A stretch of 64,000 nt of DNA from the human T2T-CHM13v2.0 reference genome, Homo sapiens: NCBI RefSeq assembly GCF_009914755.1, contig NC_060927.1. The stretch is one strand, 5' to 3'. A program made the position numbers and the translations under genes. The notes beneath the pieces were generated by a model. That model saw only the letters and a list, made by a program, of their open reading frames with translations, was not told the origin of the DNA and did no database searches. This document shows, piece by piece, positions 16,796 to 52,084 of this stretch; position 1 is the stretch's first letter, and every line of letters starts with the position of its first letter.

Positions 16796-18291
16796 GTATG
16801 TGGTTTAATGAAATAAATTATATTATAAACATAAATTTCTAAGGAAATGTCAATAAAAAATTTATTAAGTCACATTATAATATAGGAGTTATTTCTGTGT
16901 GGTACAAAAATGTTTTAATCTTTTTCTAAGTTTAAATTTGGTGGAGATCCTAAGCAAAAAGCGTTTTACCACATCACCCTGTGATATATAAAAGCTTGTT
17001 TTGCTTCTAAATGCTTTCTATAGGTATAGGTACACTTTTTATCCTATTGTAGATACTTCTGTATAACTGGATTGAAGGAAGCCATTATACATTCTCTAAA
17101 ATAATTTCATCTTCATTAGTAAAAATTTATTGAGTACCTAGGATGTGTAAGGTACTAGAAAAAGGAAAGTTTGCTCTGCAAACACCTCAAAACTTCTGCA
17201 TTTTATTCAGATAAACAGACTATTCCATTTAAAAAGTCAATAGGAGAATATACCCATCTCAAATCCTTTTTGGAAATAGGTAACACATTACTTACCCTGT
17301 AATATAAGGATGTTTGCTCTAAAAGCCATGCAAATAGTACAGACAAAAATTGCTCTAGGAATTAAGAAAAAGGAGAAGTAATGGTAGATTGGAAAATTCA
17401 GGGAGGCCTTTTTGATGTACCTTAAGAGGAGGTTAGGATCATAAGAATTACCTTGGGTGCTTGTTAAAAATTAGTTCCCGAATCCAACCTTAAATCAGGG
17501 AAGGATCCTGGGAAACTCTATTTTTTAATATCCCCTCACCCCTACCATCCATGCCCTGCTGTGATTCACACCAGAAGAAAGTTTGTGCAATACCGATTTA
17601 ATTGATTAGAGAGGAGATGAGAATGTAAGACAAGTTTGATATCTGATTTATTCAGGGCCAATGAGTAAGACCTACTTGAACGGAGCAGAGGTTTGTCTCT
17701 GTACCTGTGTATACGTTTTGGAAAGTAGGGGGCGATGTTGATATTGGGCTAGAGGTAAGGTTGTAATTTTGTTGGTTGAGGTTAGTGCCATCAATATTAA
17801 CTAAGAAATTAGGACATTATCTTGCTGGTAGTCGTTACATATTAAAGTCTTTTTAACCAGGGATTGGCATGTTTACAGTTTTGTTTTAAAACATTAATTC
17901 AGTAGAGAAACTGAGTAAATGAAACAATGTAGGAATCAGAAAAATGTATAAACCAGGATTTTTGAGGGCAGGAATGAAGAGAAAGTGAGGTTCTAAAGAC
18001 TTTTTGAAGGAAGAACTGACAGGATTTGGTGACTGGAAATGGGAGAGGCAAAAATCAAGCATACTTTTATTATACTACACTCTTCTTAAAGATATTGAAA
18101 GAAAAGTATATGAATCTCCTTTATTATCATGCCTGTCTTAAGTTATGAATGGAAACTTTAGAAGTGATTTAGTTTTAACAGAAATGATAATCTTAGAACT
18201 TACGGAATATATCGTACCTGTTATACACTTATATTTTTCCTTTTATTTTAGTCATTTGTGAATATCTTATCTGTTCAATTTAAGCAATGGC

Positions 18292-18751
18292 TTTTTTTTT
18301 TTTTTGGTTGTTGTTTTATTTATTTTTAAATAGAGATGGAGGGTCTCGTTATATTGCCCAGGCTGGTCTTGAACTCCTGGCCTCAAACCATCTTCCTTCC
18401 TCAGCCTCCGAAAGTGCTGGGATTATAGGCATGAGCCACTGCACCAGCCTGGATTTTTGTTTTTGTTTTATGAGACAGGGTCTCACTCTGTCACCCAGGC
18501 TGGAGTGCAGTGGCGCAATCATAGCTTACTGCAGCTTCTAACTCCTGGGCTCAAATGATCCTCCCACAGCCTCCTAAATAGCTGAGATTACAGGTGTGCA
18601 TCATCATGCCCAGCTAATATTTTTATTATTTTTATACAGACAGGGTCTCGTTATGTTGACAAGGCTGGTCTTGAATTCCTGGCCTCAAGTAATCCTCCCA
18701 CTTCAGCCTCCCAATATGCTGGGATTACAGGCATGAGGCGCCAAGCCTGGC
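18292..18751 (-). mobile_element. Antisense Alu monomer plus full AluJ
   Basis: Reverse-complement Alu with AluJ-type positions ('gggctcaaatgatcctccc'). Confidence 0.88.
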
Positions 18752-18982
18752 ACTGGTTTTGTTTTTGTTCTTGTTTGTATCCCTCAATGGACATGTGTAT
18801 CACAGAAATAGAACTTGATAAATACTTGTTAAATAATGAACTAAATTAATGTTTTAATTATGGAATATTATTCTAAAGATGTTTAGGAAAAGAATAAGTG
18901 GTCAGTTTTAGTAACTTTGTAAGTTAAATTTTTGTTACATTGCTGTCATACCTGTTTCAATATTTGATATTCTTAATTGCAG

Positions 18983-19128
18983 AGTTGAAGGAAGCAGTAA
19001 AATTCAGTATCGTAAAGAACAACAGCAACAACAAATGTGGAATTCAGCCAGGACTCCCAATCTTGTAAAACATTCTCCATCTGAAGATAAGATGTCCCCA
19101 GCATCTCCAATAGATGATATCGAAAGAG
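18983..19128 (+). CDS. EAF2: EAF2 exon 4, 146 nt
   Basis: ttgcag| … |gtaaaa. Encodes VEGSSKIQYRKEQQQQQMWNSARTPNLVKHSPSEDKMSPASPIDDIER(E). Confidence 0.97.
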
Positions 19129-19183
19129 GTAAAATCTAAGTATATGTAACATCCCTTTATAAGAGATAATTAAGAAATGTTAA

Positions 19184-19506
<323 letters not shown>

Positions 19507-19649
19507 TTAATTAACAGTGGTACTAATTATAAATGTTTACCAAGAGCATAATATTTTTTGTAATTACGCATTTTTCTGGGTAATGATGTAGCTTATGATT
19601 TTTAGTTTTATGTAAGCAATATCCATATAAGAGAATTTGTATCATTTTA

Positions 19650-25806
<6,157 letters not shown>

Positions 25807-26506
25807 TTGTATCATTTTAAATTACTATTCAGGGTAAAAAAAATGACTCTTTAGATATATGTAACTGGAGTTTTCTTCTTTTTGGCAATTGTGATGACTC
25901 AAATTCAATTCCTCACAGCATCTTCCTGTCAAAATTTTTTATGTATGGCCAGACTGTAGATATTTAAGATGTCACCAATTCCATAGGGAAATGAGGAAAT
26001 ATAGTAAGCAGAATAAGCAGGCAACTTTTTCTGAATTGCTGCTTACTTCTCAGAAGGGAGGTATTTTTGGGGAAGTACATACAGTCCTTTTGTAAGTAAG
26101 AAAACTTAAATCTCCATTTTTTTTCTAGCTGCAGTGTGGGTTATCAATGTTGTAGTAATTGTGGCTGCAGTGAGACCCTGGTCACTAAAGCATATTTGCT
26201 TCTACACTTTGCCTTCTTAAAATTTTCACATAGCTGTCCAATTTCAGTGTTCCCTTCTAAGCCCAGTAGAGTATTCATTCTCTAATCGATTAGTAGCTCC
26301 TATACAAACAATAAAAAAGACAAGTCCAGAACCCTTGGCGATACAACGGGTCTTGAATTTTATTTTTTTTTACATCATGCCTGCTTCCAAATGGATTTGA
26401 ATTATGATGTCTTTATATACATGAATACAATAAAATATTGGTACAGAAAATCAAGATATTGAAGGGGAAGGGAAGGCAAATTTGCTAATCATTAACACAT
26501 TAAATT

Positions 26507-27660
<1,154 letters not shown>

Positions 27661-27689
27661 ATAAGATGGATCTAAAATTCTACTCCCCT

Positions 27690-33490
<5,801 letters not shown>

Positions 33491-34506
33491 AAGATCTGGG
33501 TGAAGAATATACCAGGCAGAGGAAACAGCTAGTACGAAGAACATAGCCTGGAAATGGATTTAATGTGGTCAAATAATAGAAAGCCAGTGTGTCTATAATA
33601 GGGAGAATGAGGAAGTGGGCTAAAAATTACCAGTTAACTTAATGTAGCAGTGTACTAAGATGATATCAAATGTCAATGTGTTAACTGAGTGTATTATTCA
33701 CTTAGCATTTTTTGGTTTAAAAAATTTTGTTCAACTATTTGACATTTGTATCATATGGGAAAATATTGACTTAAAAGTCAGTAGATTTGCCTCCACTCAT
33801 AAATAACTGACAGCTTTTGACATTTCTGGATCTTCATTCCCTCATTTATAAAATTATGAAGTTGTTCTAAATGGTAGCTGAAGACCTTCCCAACTATAAT
33901 TTTTTTGTGTATCTAGAACTTGAAAAATGCTAAACAAAAGAAGACATCATTATTATTCTTTTTATCTACAGAAATATTTATAGCCAAAGTTATAATGGGA
34001 ACTGGCTCTTCAAAAATACTTAGAATATTTTAAATCCTTATTAAGGGAGCAGGGGGGAAACCTATAGATGCTTCATCAAAATGTTCTCTAGGAAAACCAG
34101 GAAAAGAATGAAGTTCATCTGTTACATTATCACATTATATTATATGTATTTAAAGGAACAAAAAATAATCAGAAGACAGTTTCTGCCAAAATAGATTTTA
34201 ATTTTTATAGTTTTTCACAGTATTTACTTTATATTTGAGTTACCTGTATACTTAAGTACAATGGTTTAAATAAATGTGGAGTTTAGATTTAGACCTTGTC
34301 TATCCCTTTTAGTTTCTGTAATCCAATCATTGAAGTATGGCTTGATGGTAGAAGAGTTTTGTTTTTTAATAAAATGCTTCAAGTACTGTAAATGTATGTT
34401 TGATTTTAGTTTCAACAGTTTCTTAAAAACTAATACATTCAATTTTTATTATATTTATTTAGCATTTTTTATTTAACCTATCTATTCATTTCTGTCTTAT
34501 TTTCAG

Positions 34507-34758
34507 AACTGAAGGCAGAAGCTAGTCTAATGGACCAGATGAGTAGTTGTGATAGTTCATCAGATTCCAAAAGTTCATCATCTTCAAGTAGTGAGGATAG
34601 TTCTAGTGACTCAGAAGATGAAGATTGCAAATCCTCTACTTCTGATACAGGGAATTGTGTCTCAGGACATCCTACCATGACACAGTACAGGATTCCTGAT
34701 ATAGATGCCAGTCATAATAGATTTCGAGACAACAGTGGCCTTCTGATGAATACTTTAA
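34507..34758 (+). CDS. EAF2: EAF2 exon 5, 252 nt, Ser/Asp/Glu-rich transactivation region
   Basis: tttcag| … |gtaagt. Encodes LKAEASLMDQMSSCDSSSDSKSSSSSSSEDSSSDSEDEDCK…GLLMNTL(R); overlaps ORF 34530..34772 in the track. Confidence 0.97.
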
Positions 34759-34899
34759 GTAAGTATACATAAACACAGGCAATTGGAAAAGTAAGAATTT
34801 ATAGTGGAGCCATATTGATTGTGACCTAATATTTGGATAAAGAAAAAGATTCCTATTTTATGCATTTGATACTATTAATAATTACATTTTTATTGAATT

Positions 34900-36085
34900 A
34901 TGGTTTTCTTTTGAATCTGTGACATAATGCCTTCTTGGTTTTTCTCCCATCTCTCTAGATAATCTTTCCTCTCACTCCTTTTCAAGTTTATATGATCCTC
35001 TGCTCAGTCATTAAAGTTGGAGTTTCTCAAGGCTTACTTTTGGGTTCTTTTTTTCTTTTCATTCTACAATTTCTCCCTAAATAACTTCCTCCATGTTTCT
35101 GTTGCAGTCAATACTTATGTGTAGGTAACTTGCAAATTTATATCTCTGATTCAAACCTCTAGGCTTTAGACACATGTTTAACATCATCTCCCATCATCTC
35201 ATCACCTTCAAATTTACTTTGTCCAAAACCAACTCATAATCAATCTTTGGCTCACTGTGTTACCTCTTAGTGAAGGTAGCATACATCTAATTATGCAAAT
35301 CATAAGTCTAATTATTTTCAATGGCTGAAGTTCTTCCTCTTTACAGTGTAGCCACTCCTTCATCAAGTCCTATTTGTTTTGCCTCCTCTATATTTCTCAA
35401 AGTCATCTGCTTCTCTGCATCTCCACCACTATCACAGTAGTTCAACCTATTATTTCTTGCCTTACCTACTACAATGACCTAACTGGTTCACCCCTTTATG
35501 TAGTCAAGCCCATTTTTGATCCATTATGTACACTGTAGCCATATTGATTTTTTTCACAATTCTAATACAATTTGTCATCTCTTCTGCTTTATACTTTTTA
35601 ATAGCTTGTAATTTCTTTTAATATAGAGGCAAAACACCTTAACATAATCGTCTTGATTTTTCTTTTCTAACAACATGTGCTTTCTTTTTGCCACTATATT
35701 CAAATACTTTCACTCACATCAGGACCCTTATACATGCTGTCCATTCAGCCAGAAACACTTTCTTCTTTTCACATAATTTTTTCTCCTTTAGATTATAGTT
35801 CAAAGTTACTTCCTCTAGAAAGTCTTCACCTTTCTGAAGCTAAGAAGCTTCACCACAAGCTCCTATCTTTTACAGACCTTTAGAATATCAGATATGTCTT
35901 CTTTATATCAATTGTTTGACAGTTGTAAATTTACATTAATTTGTGTGATTTGCTCTCTTTCTCTAGAGTATAATGTTCCATGAGAACAAGGACCTTGTTT
36001 GTTTTTGCTTATCATTGAATTCTTGCACTTAGCACATGGTACTTGACACATAATAGATGCTCAGCAAATACTTTTTAATAAAGGC
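34900..36085 (+). mobile_element. L2 LINE 3' portion
   Basis: Typical L2 3' end 'gttccatgagaacaaggaccttgtttg…cttagcacatggtacttgacacataatagatgctcagcaaata'. Confidence 0.7.
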
Positions 36086-36900
36086 ATGCAGGTTGGTATT
36101 ACCTGGGGAGAATGGAATTTTCTGTATATTTAAAATTAATCTCACTATGTTTATTAATAATGAAAAAAGTAAGCAGCTAGGAAAGACTGACTAGCTTTAG
36201 CCTAATAATAGAACTAAAGAAGGGAGAAGCCAAGACTGAGAGGCAGAGAATTGGTAAACTATGGGTTAATTAGGGACCAGCAAAGATACTTTGAATTTCC
36301 AGTTATTTAGTGTTATTCTTGACTTGGGAAGTAATATTGGAAAATCTGATTTTTTGAATGGCCAAGAGAACATGGAGAAAACTCAGCTTGGTTGTACTAA
36401 ATGAGAATCTGAGTAAAAGCTAGAAAAAATTTTCCAGAAATTAATAAGTTCTATAGTAAATTGAGCACCTGTCTAGGAATCAGCATATCAGTATTATATT
36501 CCTGACTTCCTTATCACTTATTAGCTATGTAACTAATAACACTACACTTAACTTTCTTGTAACTTCAGTTTCCTCATTGAAAGTAGAGGTCACATTGCCT
36601 TGTAGAACTTTGAAGGGGTTCAGGATATTTTATATTTTAGAATTTCTTTTTAAATCTAGAATAGTTTTTTAGTAAAACATAGCATAGTGAATTTGTGTTT
36701 TTAAAACCCCTTCTGTGCCAAACAAATAGGAACAATGGATAAAGTATTAAAAGGTAAAACCCAGACATGGCCAGAATCAAATATAAGATAAACATCTCTA
36801 AAGAGAAGAACTGGACTATAAACACAAAACAGTGGGCTTAGTGGAGCTGAAGCCATTGGATCTGAGTTCAAAAGAAGGTGATATTGGTAAGGATCTTGGT

Positions 36901-37072
36901 ACTTTCAGGGAAAGGTATAATAATATAATGAGAACTTTTAGGGAAACTTTTAGGGAAATAATCAGAACTTTCAGGGAAAGGTATAATAATATAATGAGAA
37001 CTTTTAGGGAAACTTTTAGGGAAATAATCATAACTTTCAGGGAAAGTTATAATAATATAATCAGAACTTTTA
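36901..37072. repeat. 66-bp minisatellite, ~2.6 copies
   Basis: Units start at 36901, 36967 and 37033 and are near identical. Each unit is built from AACTTT(C/T)AGGGAAA subrepeats. Confidence 0.95.
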
Positions 37073-37399
37073 ATAGTTTTAATAGTTTAAATGTTCTGAT
37101 TCAGTGAACCTGAGTCATATTTTCTATTTGAAGCTAGAGAATGCATGTTGTTGAGGGGTAGTGGGGAAAGGGAGAGAGGGTTGATAGAGGTGGGGATAAA
37201 TAATAAAAGGAGACTGGAAGAAATAGCCAATTAATAAAAGAGATTGGAAGAAATAGACATTTACATATTGACTGAGGCTACTGTGTTTTAGAAGGTGTGG
37301 GCATAGGGTCTGTAGAACCTTGATATCCGTTGACTCCTTGAAGGGATCTAGCATATCTCCAATATACCCAGAGGATAACAATCTCCAAATGTGATTATG

Positions 37400-44750
<7,351 letters not shown>

Positions 44751-44859
44751 TGGTGGTTTTTTTTTTTTTAAGTAAAAATAGTGAAATTTCTTTTCCTGAT
44801 GTATCTAAACTAGGAGTTTCCTAATGAAATAAACCATCTCTGACCATTACTGCAATCAT

Positions 44860-45722
44860 CCCATTGCTCAGCTTTATGAGACCCAACACCCCCTTTTGTA
44901 ACAGATATTTTTAATTCTCCTTTACTATTTTGAAATGAATTTCATAGCTTAATATAATCTGTGTACATACATCTTTGAAAAGCATTAATTTAATTTAATA
45001 TAAAGGCAAAAGAAAAACAAATTTATAATAATATGTGTTCTAACTTTGTAAATGTTAAAGAATAGCTATATCAGAAGATACAATGAAGTAACCATGTTTT
45101 TGCAGTTACTTTTAATGCATAGATTTGGATTTAAGAAAAACAAAACAACATTCAACTCATATTATCAACAATTTTTATTTTTATTTAACCTGTAGAAATA
45201 AGGACTAGAAAAGTATATGCATATATATTAAAAAATTGCGTCTACAGCTGCCTGTACAGACAACTATTGTTATGCGTATTGCTGCTCCAAATACAATGAG
45301 CAGCATTGATGTTACTAATGTGTTGCCCCAAACTATTTTTAAAAGAAAATTTTTGAAAAGTTTTTAAAAAATACAAAACAAAATCATCTTCAGTTTACAT
45401 GATAGCTGCATACTTGTAAGTTTCAATTAAATATGTGCAAAACAATACTTGGAATTTATGAAAATGTATTTCAGCTCTGGTTTTAAATTTATAAACAGAT
45501 CTTCCAAGTACATATTCCACCCGACTTTCAAAAATTTCACAGAATGTAGAAGAGTTCTTTATTGTGCAAGACTGGTTCATCCATTGCAAGACATTTAGCA
45601 TTCCTAAACTCCCCTCCCACTAAATGCTATTAGCAATCTACAGCCAACAGGACAAGCAACCCCTCATGTAAATTTCTGTATCATCCCCTGGGGGGCAGTA
45701 CTACTCTCAGTGATAACTATTG
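44860..45722. mobile_element. hAT-Charlie DNA transposon remnant
   Basis: MER20/Charlie-like terminus 'cattgcaagacatttagcattcct…ccactaaatgc…cccctggggggcagtactactctcagtgataactattg'. Confidence 0.45.
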
Positions 45723-46024
45723 ATTTAAATGCCTGAATATATTTTTATGGGTAAACTCTCTTTTTCTGAGTCATAATTACAGGTATGATTGAAAACATAT
45801 TTTCTTTACTAAGCAACTCATAATCAAAGGCTAATCTTATATCTTCAAAACTTGACTGAATATTTCCTAACCTTGACAGCATAAAGTCTAGAAAGGCAAA
45901 ATGGAACTCTGAGTACGTTTGGGTTTGTGTCGCTTGAAAAACTCATATTACAGGCATCATATAACATTCTTATGTCATATAATAGTTCTGTAAGTGGAAA
46001 CTTAATCCTTGAAAATTATGAAAT

Positions 46025-46695
<671 letters not shown>

Positions 46696-46879
46696 TCGCA
46701 GATTTCTTTATCAAATGATGTTATCAGTTCTGCAGTTCATGCAAAAGACTGAAACATCTTATAATTTATACGTGGCCTAAAAACTATTCTTCTTAAATTA
46801 GGTATTGATTTCAAAACATGCCAGCTTTTTTGATTGCGGATTAGTTAAAAAATATAAGAATTTTTTTAACCATTGTAAT

Positions 46880-47900
46880 TTACTACCTAAGTGATTTCAT
46901 TCAGTCTGTTTGCTTCAGATAAACCTGTACGATCAATGACTCTCAAATCTTTATTTCTAGGTCCAGCCTCTACCTTTAGCTCCAGACTTGTATATCCAAC
47001 TGCCAGTACCATATATATTTGGGTATTTACTAGGTATCTCAAATTTACCACATGAAAATTGAACTTGTGATTTTTCTTCTACAACCATGTTCCTCTGGTG
47101 TTTCTCATCTCAGTAAATGATAACTCAGTAAATGATTTATCCAGTTGTTCACAACAAAAACCTTGGGGTCATTCTTCACTTCTTTCTCTTGTACCCTAAA
47201 TTCAATGTTTTAATTAGTCCTATAAACTCTGTCTTCAAAGTACATTATGAATCTGACCACTTAGCCTCACCTCCCCCAGACTACCTGAGTCAAAGCCAAC
47301 ATTATTTCTTACATGAGAGACTGCATTAGACTTACAACTTCTCTCTTGTTTCTGTGTTTCTTCCACACCATTATGGCGTATTTACTGATCTACAACCGGT
47401 TTTAAGTTAGTTGCCTGCTTAAAATTTTCTCATGAATTCTCATTACATTTTCAAACAAAATCCAAAGTTTTTACCATGACCTTGTGGATATCTTTCTGAC
47501 CTCATTTACTACTGTTATCTTCCTTATTCATTCCATTCCACCCACAGTGGCCTTCTTGCAAGTCAGAGAATGCAACAAATATGCTCCTGCCTTGGGGCAT
47601 TTGCACTTCTGTTCTTTTGGCCTGGTCACTTCACCTCCACATTCTCCATTTTTTATGACTTTCTTCCTATATTTGGATCTCTGTTCAAATGTCACCCCTC
47701 AAAAAGGCCTTCAAAACTACCCTATTTAAAATAGCACCTGCCACTGCCATCTCCATACCCATTTTCATTTTTCCATAGCACTTATCCCTACTTGGCATTA
47801 TGTTATATATTTGTTTATTTGTTTACTGTCTGTCTCCCCCACTGGACTGTAAGCTCCATGACTGTAAGTACATAGATGAATTACAAAATGAATCAATGGT
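46880..47900 (+). mobile_element. L2 LINE 3' portion
   Basis: L2-type 'tgtttatttgtttactgtctgtctcccccactggactgtaagctccatga'. Confidence 0.7.
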
Positions 47901-48310
47901 GAATTATCCTTGACATATATTATTTAATGATTTTGACTCCATTTTAAGTAAAAAAAAAATAACATTTTTTTCACTCTTCAAAGTGATATAGTTTAATCTT
48001 CTAAACTACATTTTTCTCATTTCCCGATTTAATTAAATCAGTGATATAAAAAAAAGAGTGATGGGGATATGTGAAAGAAGACTAAAATAGATGCCAGGAA
48101 ATACTAAAACTGCTGAAGTTTAGTGGTATATTTTTTCTTTACACACAGTATTATTTGAGTTACTAATTGTGTCACTGAATTACAGAATAAGCAAAATACT
48201 AGGTAAACAGAATCACGCTTGGGGGCTATATTTTGTGTAAAATTTGTGTTATGCAAAAATAATATTAAATATTTAATTACTACAGTTTTGTTATTTCTTT
48301 CTTATTTTAG

Positions 48311-48357
48311 GAAATGATTTGCAGCTGAGTGAATCAGGAAGTGACAGTGATGACTGA
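48311..48357 (+). CDS. EAF2: EAF2 last coding exon (exon 6) to stop codon
   Basis: ttttag| then (R)NDLQLSESGSDSDD*. Exon phases join exons 2–6 into one continuous frame. Confidence 0.96.
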
Positions 48358-48530
48358 AGAAATATTTAGCTATAAATAAAAATTTATACAGCATGTATAA
48401 TTTATTTTGTATTAACAATAAAAATTCCTAAGACTGAGGGAAATATGTCTTAACTTTTGATGATAAAAGAAATTAAATTTGATTCAGAAATTTCAGTTGA
48501 TGTTATGTATTTGTTTTTTAGACAGTTTAT
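48358..48530 (+). terminator. EAF2: EAF2 short AU-rich 3'UTR with polyadenylation signals
   Basis: AATAAA at 48375-48380 and 48417-48422, ATTAAA at 48472-48477, followed by a GT/T-rich downstream element at ~48497-48520. Confidence 0.75.
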
Positions 48531-48609
48531 TTATATAAATTTATTTATTGTTTTTTAGACAGTTTATATATAAATATATATTATATATGAAGATATATAT
48601 ATATAATTA

Positions 48610-49185
48610 AATACAGCAGTTTTAGGTTCATAGCAAAGTTGAAGTTTTAGGTTCATAACAAAGTTGAGAAGGTCTTATTTCTTCTCTCCTCATTATCAAT
48701 ATCCCACACCAGAGTGGCACATTTGTTAAAATAGATGAGCCTACATTGATAGATCATTATTACACTAAGTCCATAGTTTACATTAGGGTTCAGTCTTGAT
48801 GTTGTGCATTCTATGGATTTTTGACAAATGTGTATTCATCATTTTAGTAACATTCGGAATAGTATCACTGCCCTAAAAATCCTTTGTTCTGCCTATTCAT
48901 TCGTCTTTTCCCTTTAACTCCCAGCAACTACTAATCTTACTGTCTCCATAGTTTTGCATTTTCCAGAATGTCATGTAGTTGGAATCATACAGAACATAGC
49001 CTTTTCAGATTAGTTTCTTTCACTTAATAATATGCATTTAAGTGCCTCCATGTCTTTCATGGTTTGATAGCCCATTTTTTTTTAAGTTTGAATACTCTCC
49101 TATTGTCTGAATGTATCACAGTTTGTTTATCAACTCAACTACTGAAGGACATCTTGGTTGCTTCCAAGTTTCGTCAATAATGAAA
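48610..49185 (-). mobile_element. L1MC1-like 3' end, antisense, just downstream of EAF2
   Basis: 'cagttttaggttca…caccagagtggcacatttgtt…agtccatagtttacattagggttca' matches the L1MC 3'UTR. Internal 25-bp tandem duplication at 48618-48667. Confidence 0.8.
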
Positions 49186-49924
49186 AATTTTTAAATTCAA
49201 TTTCTTACCTTTGGAATTTGTGTAGTTTTTTTTTAATTTATAAGTTTTTATTTTAATCTTGCTTTCTCCTTTTCTCTTTCTAGCCTAACTTTAGTTAATC
49301 TGTCTTCATTTTTATTTCTATTTTATTTATCAATACTTAGCCAAGAACTACAACTATGTAATTTATTACTTAACTCATAATTAATAAGCAAGCTCATAAT
49401 TCAAAGTGGCTAGTAAAATGCTTATTTTAATATAGTAATTATAATGGTTTTTACTGAAAGTTGTTATGCTGAGTTTTCTTTTTGGTGTTAACACTACCAG
49501 AATTGGTTACATGGTGATATGAGCTGATAAAGCTGGCTGTATAACATGCATTATGTTTTCAAACTTCCGGCAAGCTGAACAGTACATCTTCAGTACATCA
49601 TTTCCCCTCCTTATTATATCCCTCATAAGTGAAACATTCTTAAAGACCTGTTTTTATGGATCGAATACATAGTATATCATTCTTTATACCACTCAAGGGT
49701 ATATATAAGTACCTCAGAGAGAGAAGAATGAAATAGTATCTCCCATGCTTTTGTATCTCCTTATTTGATGTGTTTTCAGATACCAAAATGTAGGGAGCTA
49801 GTGGATTAGATAAGTTCTCAGATAAAAGGTTCTCTGCCAGAAACAACTGATGATCCTGACGTGATTCTAAACATACACACTTTTGGTTTGATCCATACTG
49901 AATGGTTTGATTAAACTGATGGTA

Positions 49925-50289
<365 letters not shown>

Positions 50290-51509
50290 TCAAAGGACTT
50301 TGAATTATTCTATAAGACTAAAATCTAAAGGTAATAAAGCTGCATCTGTGCAAGGGTATTAATGTGACCTATGAATTATGTATTCATCAGATGTCATCCA
50401 TAGTTTGGTAAGAAGGTATTCTCAGACATATAAGAATTCAGGAATTCTATCATTCATATACCATTCCTATAATAATTATTGTAGTAATTTCTAATTTATT
50501 AAGAGATGAACCAAAATTAGGAACTCAAGAATGGAAAAGAAGTATAATAAAAATATATTATGAAAAGATTGATAACTAATATTTTCAGGACTGGCAACTT
50601 CTCTGTCTCCTGAAGGAAACTCACTCAGTTTGAAGGGGTAGTTGACACTCATGCCCAGAAACATTTTAAGGGAAAGTGACTTCTGGGATGCTGACTAGGG
50701 AGAGAAGGCCAAGAGCTTATTCACCCTATGGCCCTGAGGCTGCAATCCTAGTTGGGGCAATCATGTTTCAGGCTGAGACTGGGTACATGTGCAGCAGAGA
50801 CTAGAGATGGCCTAAACTATTCACACACTCCTGACCAACCCTGAGGCATGTGCATAGTAAACGCAAAAGGGCCTGATGAAAAATAGAACTTGGGAAGACT
50901 TGAAAATAACATGTTCTTTGAATGTATTCCCTTACACATACAGATCCATTAGCAAAGGACAAAGTCTTTTTGGCTCAAAGTGGTTTGGATATGATATTTG
51001 TCCAGTCTTTGGCCACTCAGAGTACCATTTTATAGAACAGTGACCTTGAGGGAGGAAGGTTTGACTGGGAGGCAGAAGGGAGGCAGTGGTATTATCTCTG
51101 AAGAACTTTTGGCATTGACGTGCTAGAAATTTTTTTAACATTATCTAGGTAGTGCTTGTGTGAGTTACACATATATAAAAATTAACAGAGCTGTACACTT
51201 AAGATTTGTGCATTTTACTTCAAGTACATTTAATTTTAAAAGTCCATAAATAAAATCAATAGGAAAAATATTGCAATATAGAGGATGGCAGAACATTAAT
51301 ATCAATAATGTTTAAATTGACCTTACAAATTTACAAGAAGGGGACACACGACTCTAGAAAAATGGGCAAAGAAAATGAATAGGCAGTTCCAAAAATTATA
51401 AAAGCATATATTTTGGCTCGGCATTCTCACTTCTGGAAATTTATCCTACACATATATTTAACTTCTGTGCAATATTATTATTGCAGTATTACTTATAATA
51501 GAAAAAGAC

Positions 51510-52025
<516 letters not shown>

Positions 52026-52084
52026 ATTTTTCTTTCTTTCTTTTTTTTTTTTTTGAGACGGAGTCTCTGCTCTGTCGCCCAGGC

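Noticed and set aside
34478-34678. Antisense ORF over EAF2 exon 5
   Set aside because: Shadow of the low-complexity Ser/Asp-rich coding strand.
36816-37107. Repetitive 91-aa ORF (RTFRERYNNIM…) and a CRISPR-like appearance
   Set aside because: The frame stays open because the 66-bp unit is a multiple of 3. The repeats have no unique spacers, there are no cas genes, and the context is eukaryotic.
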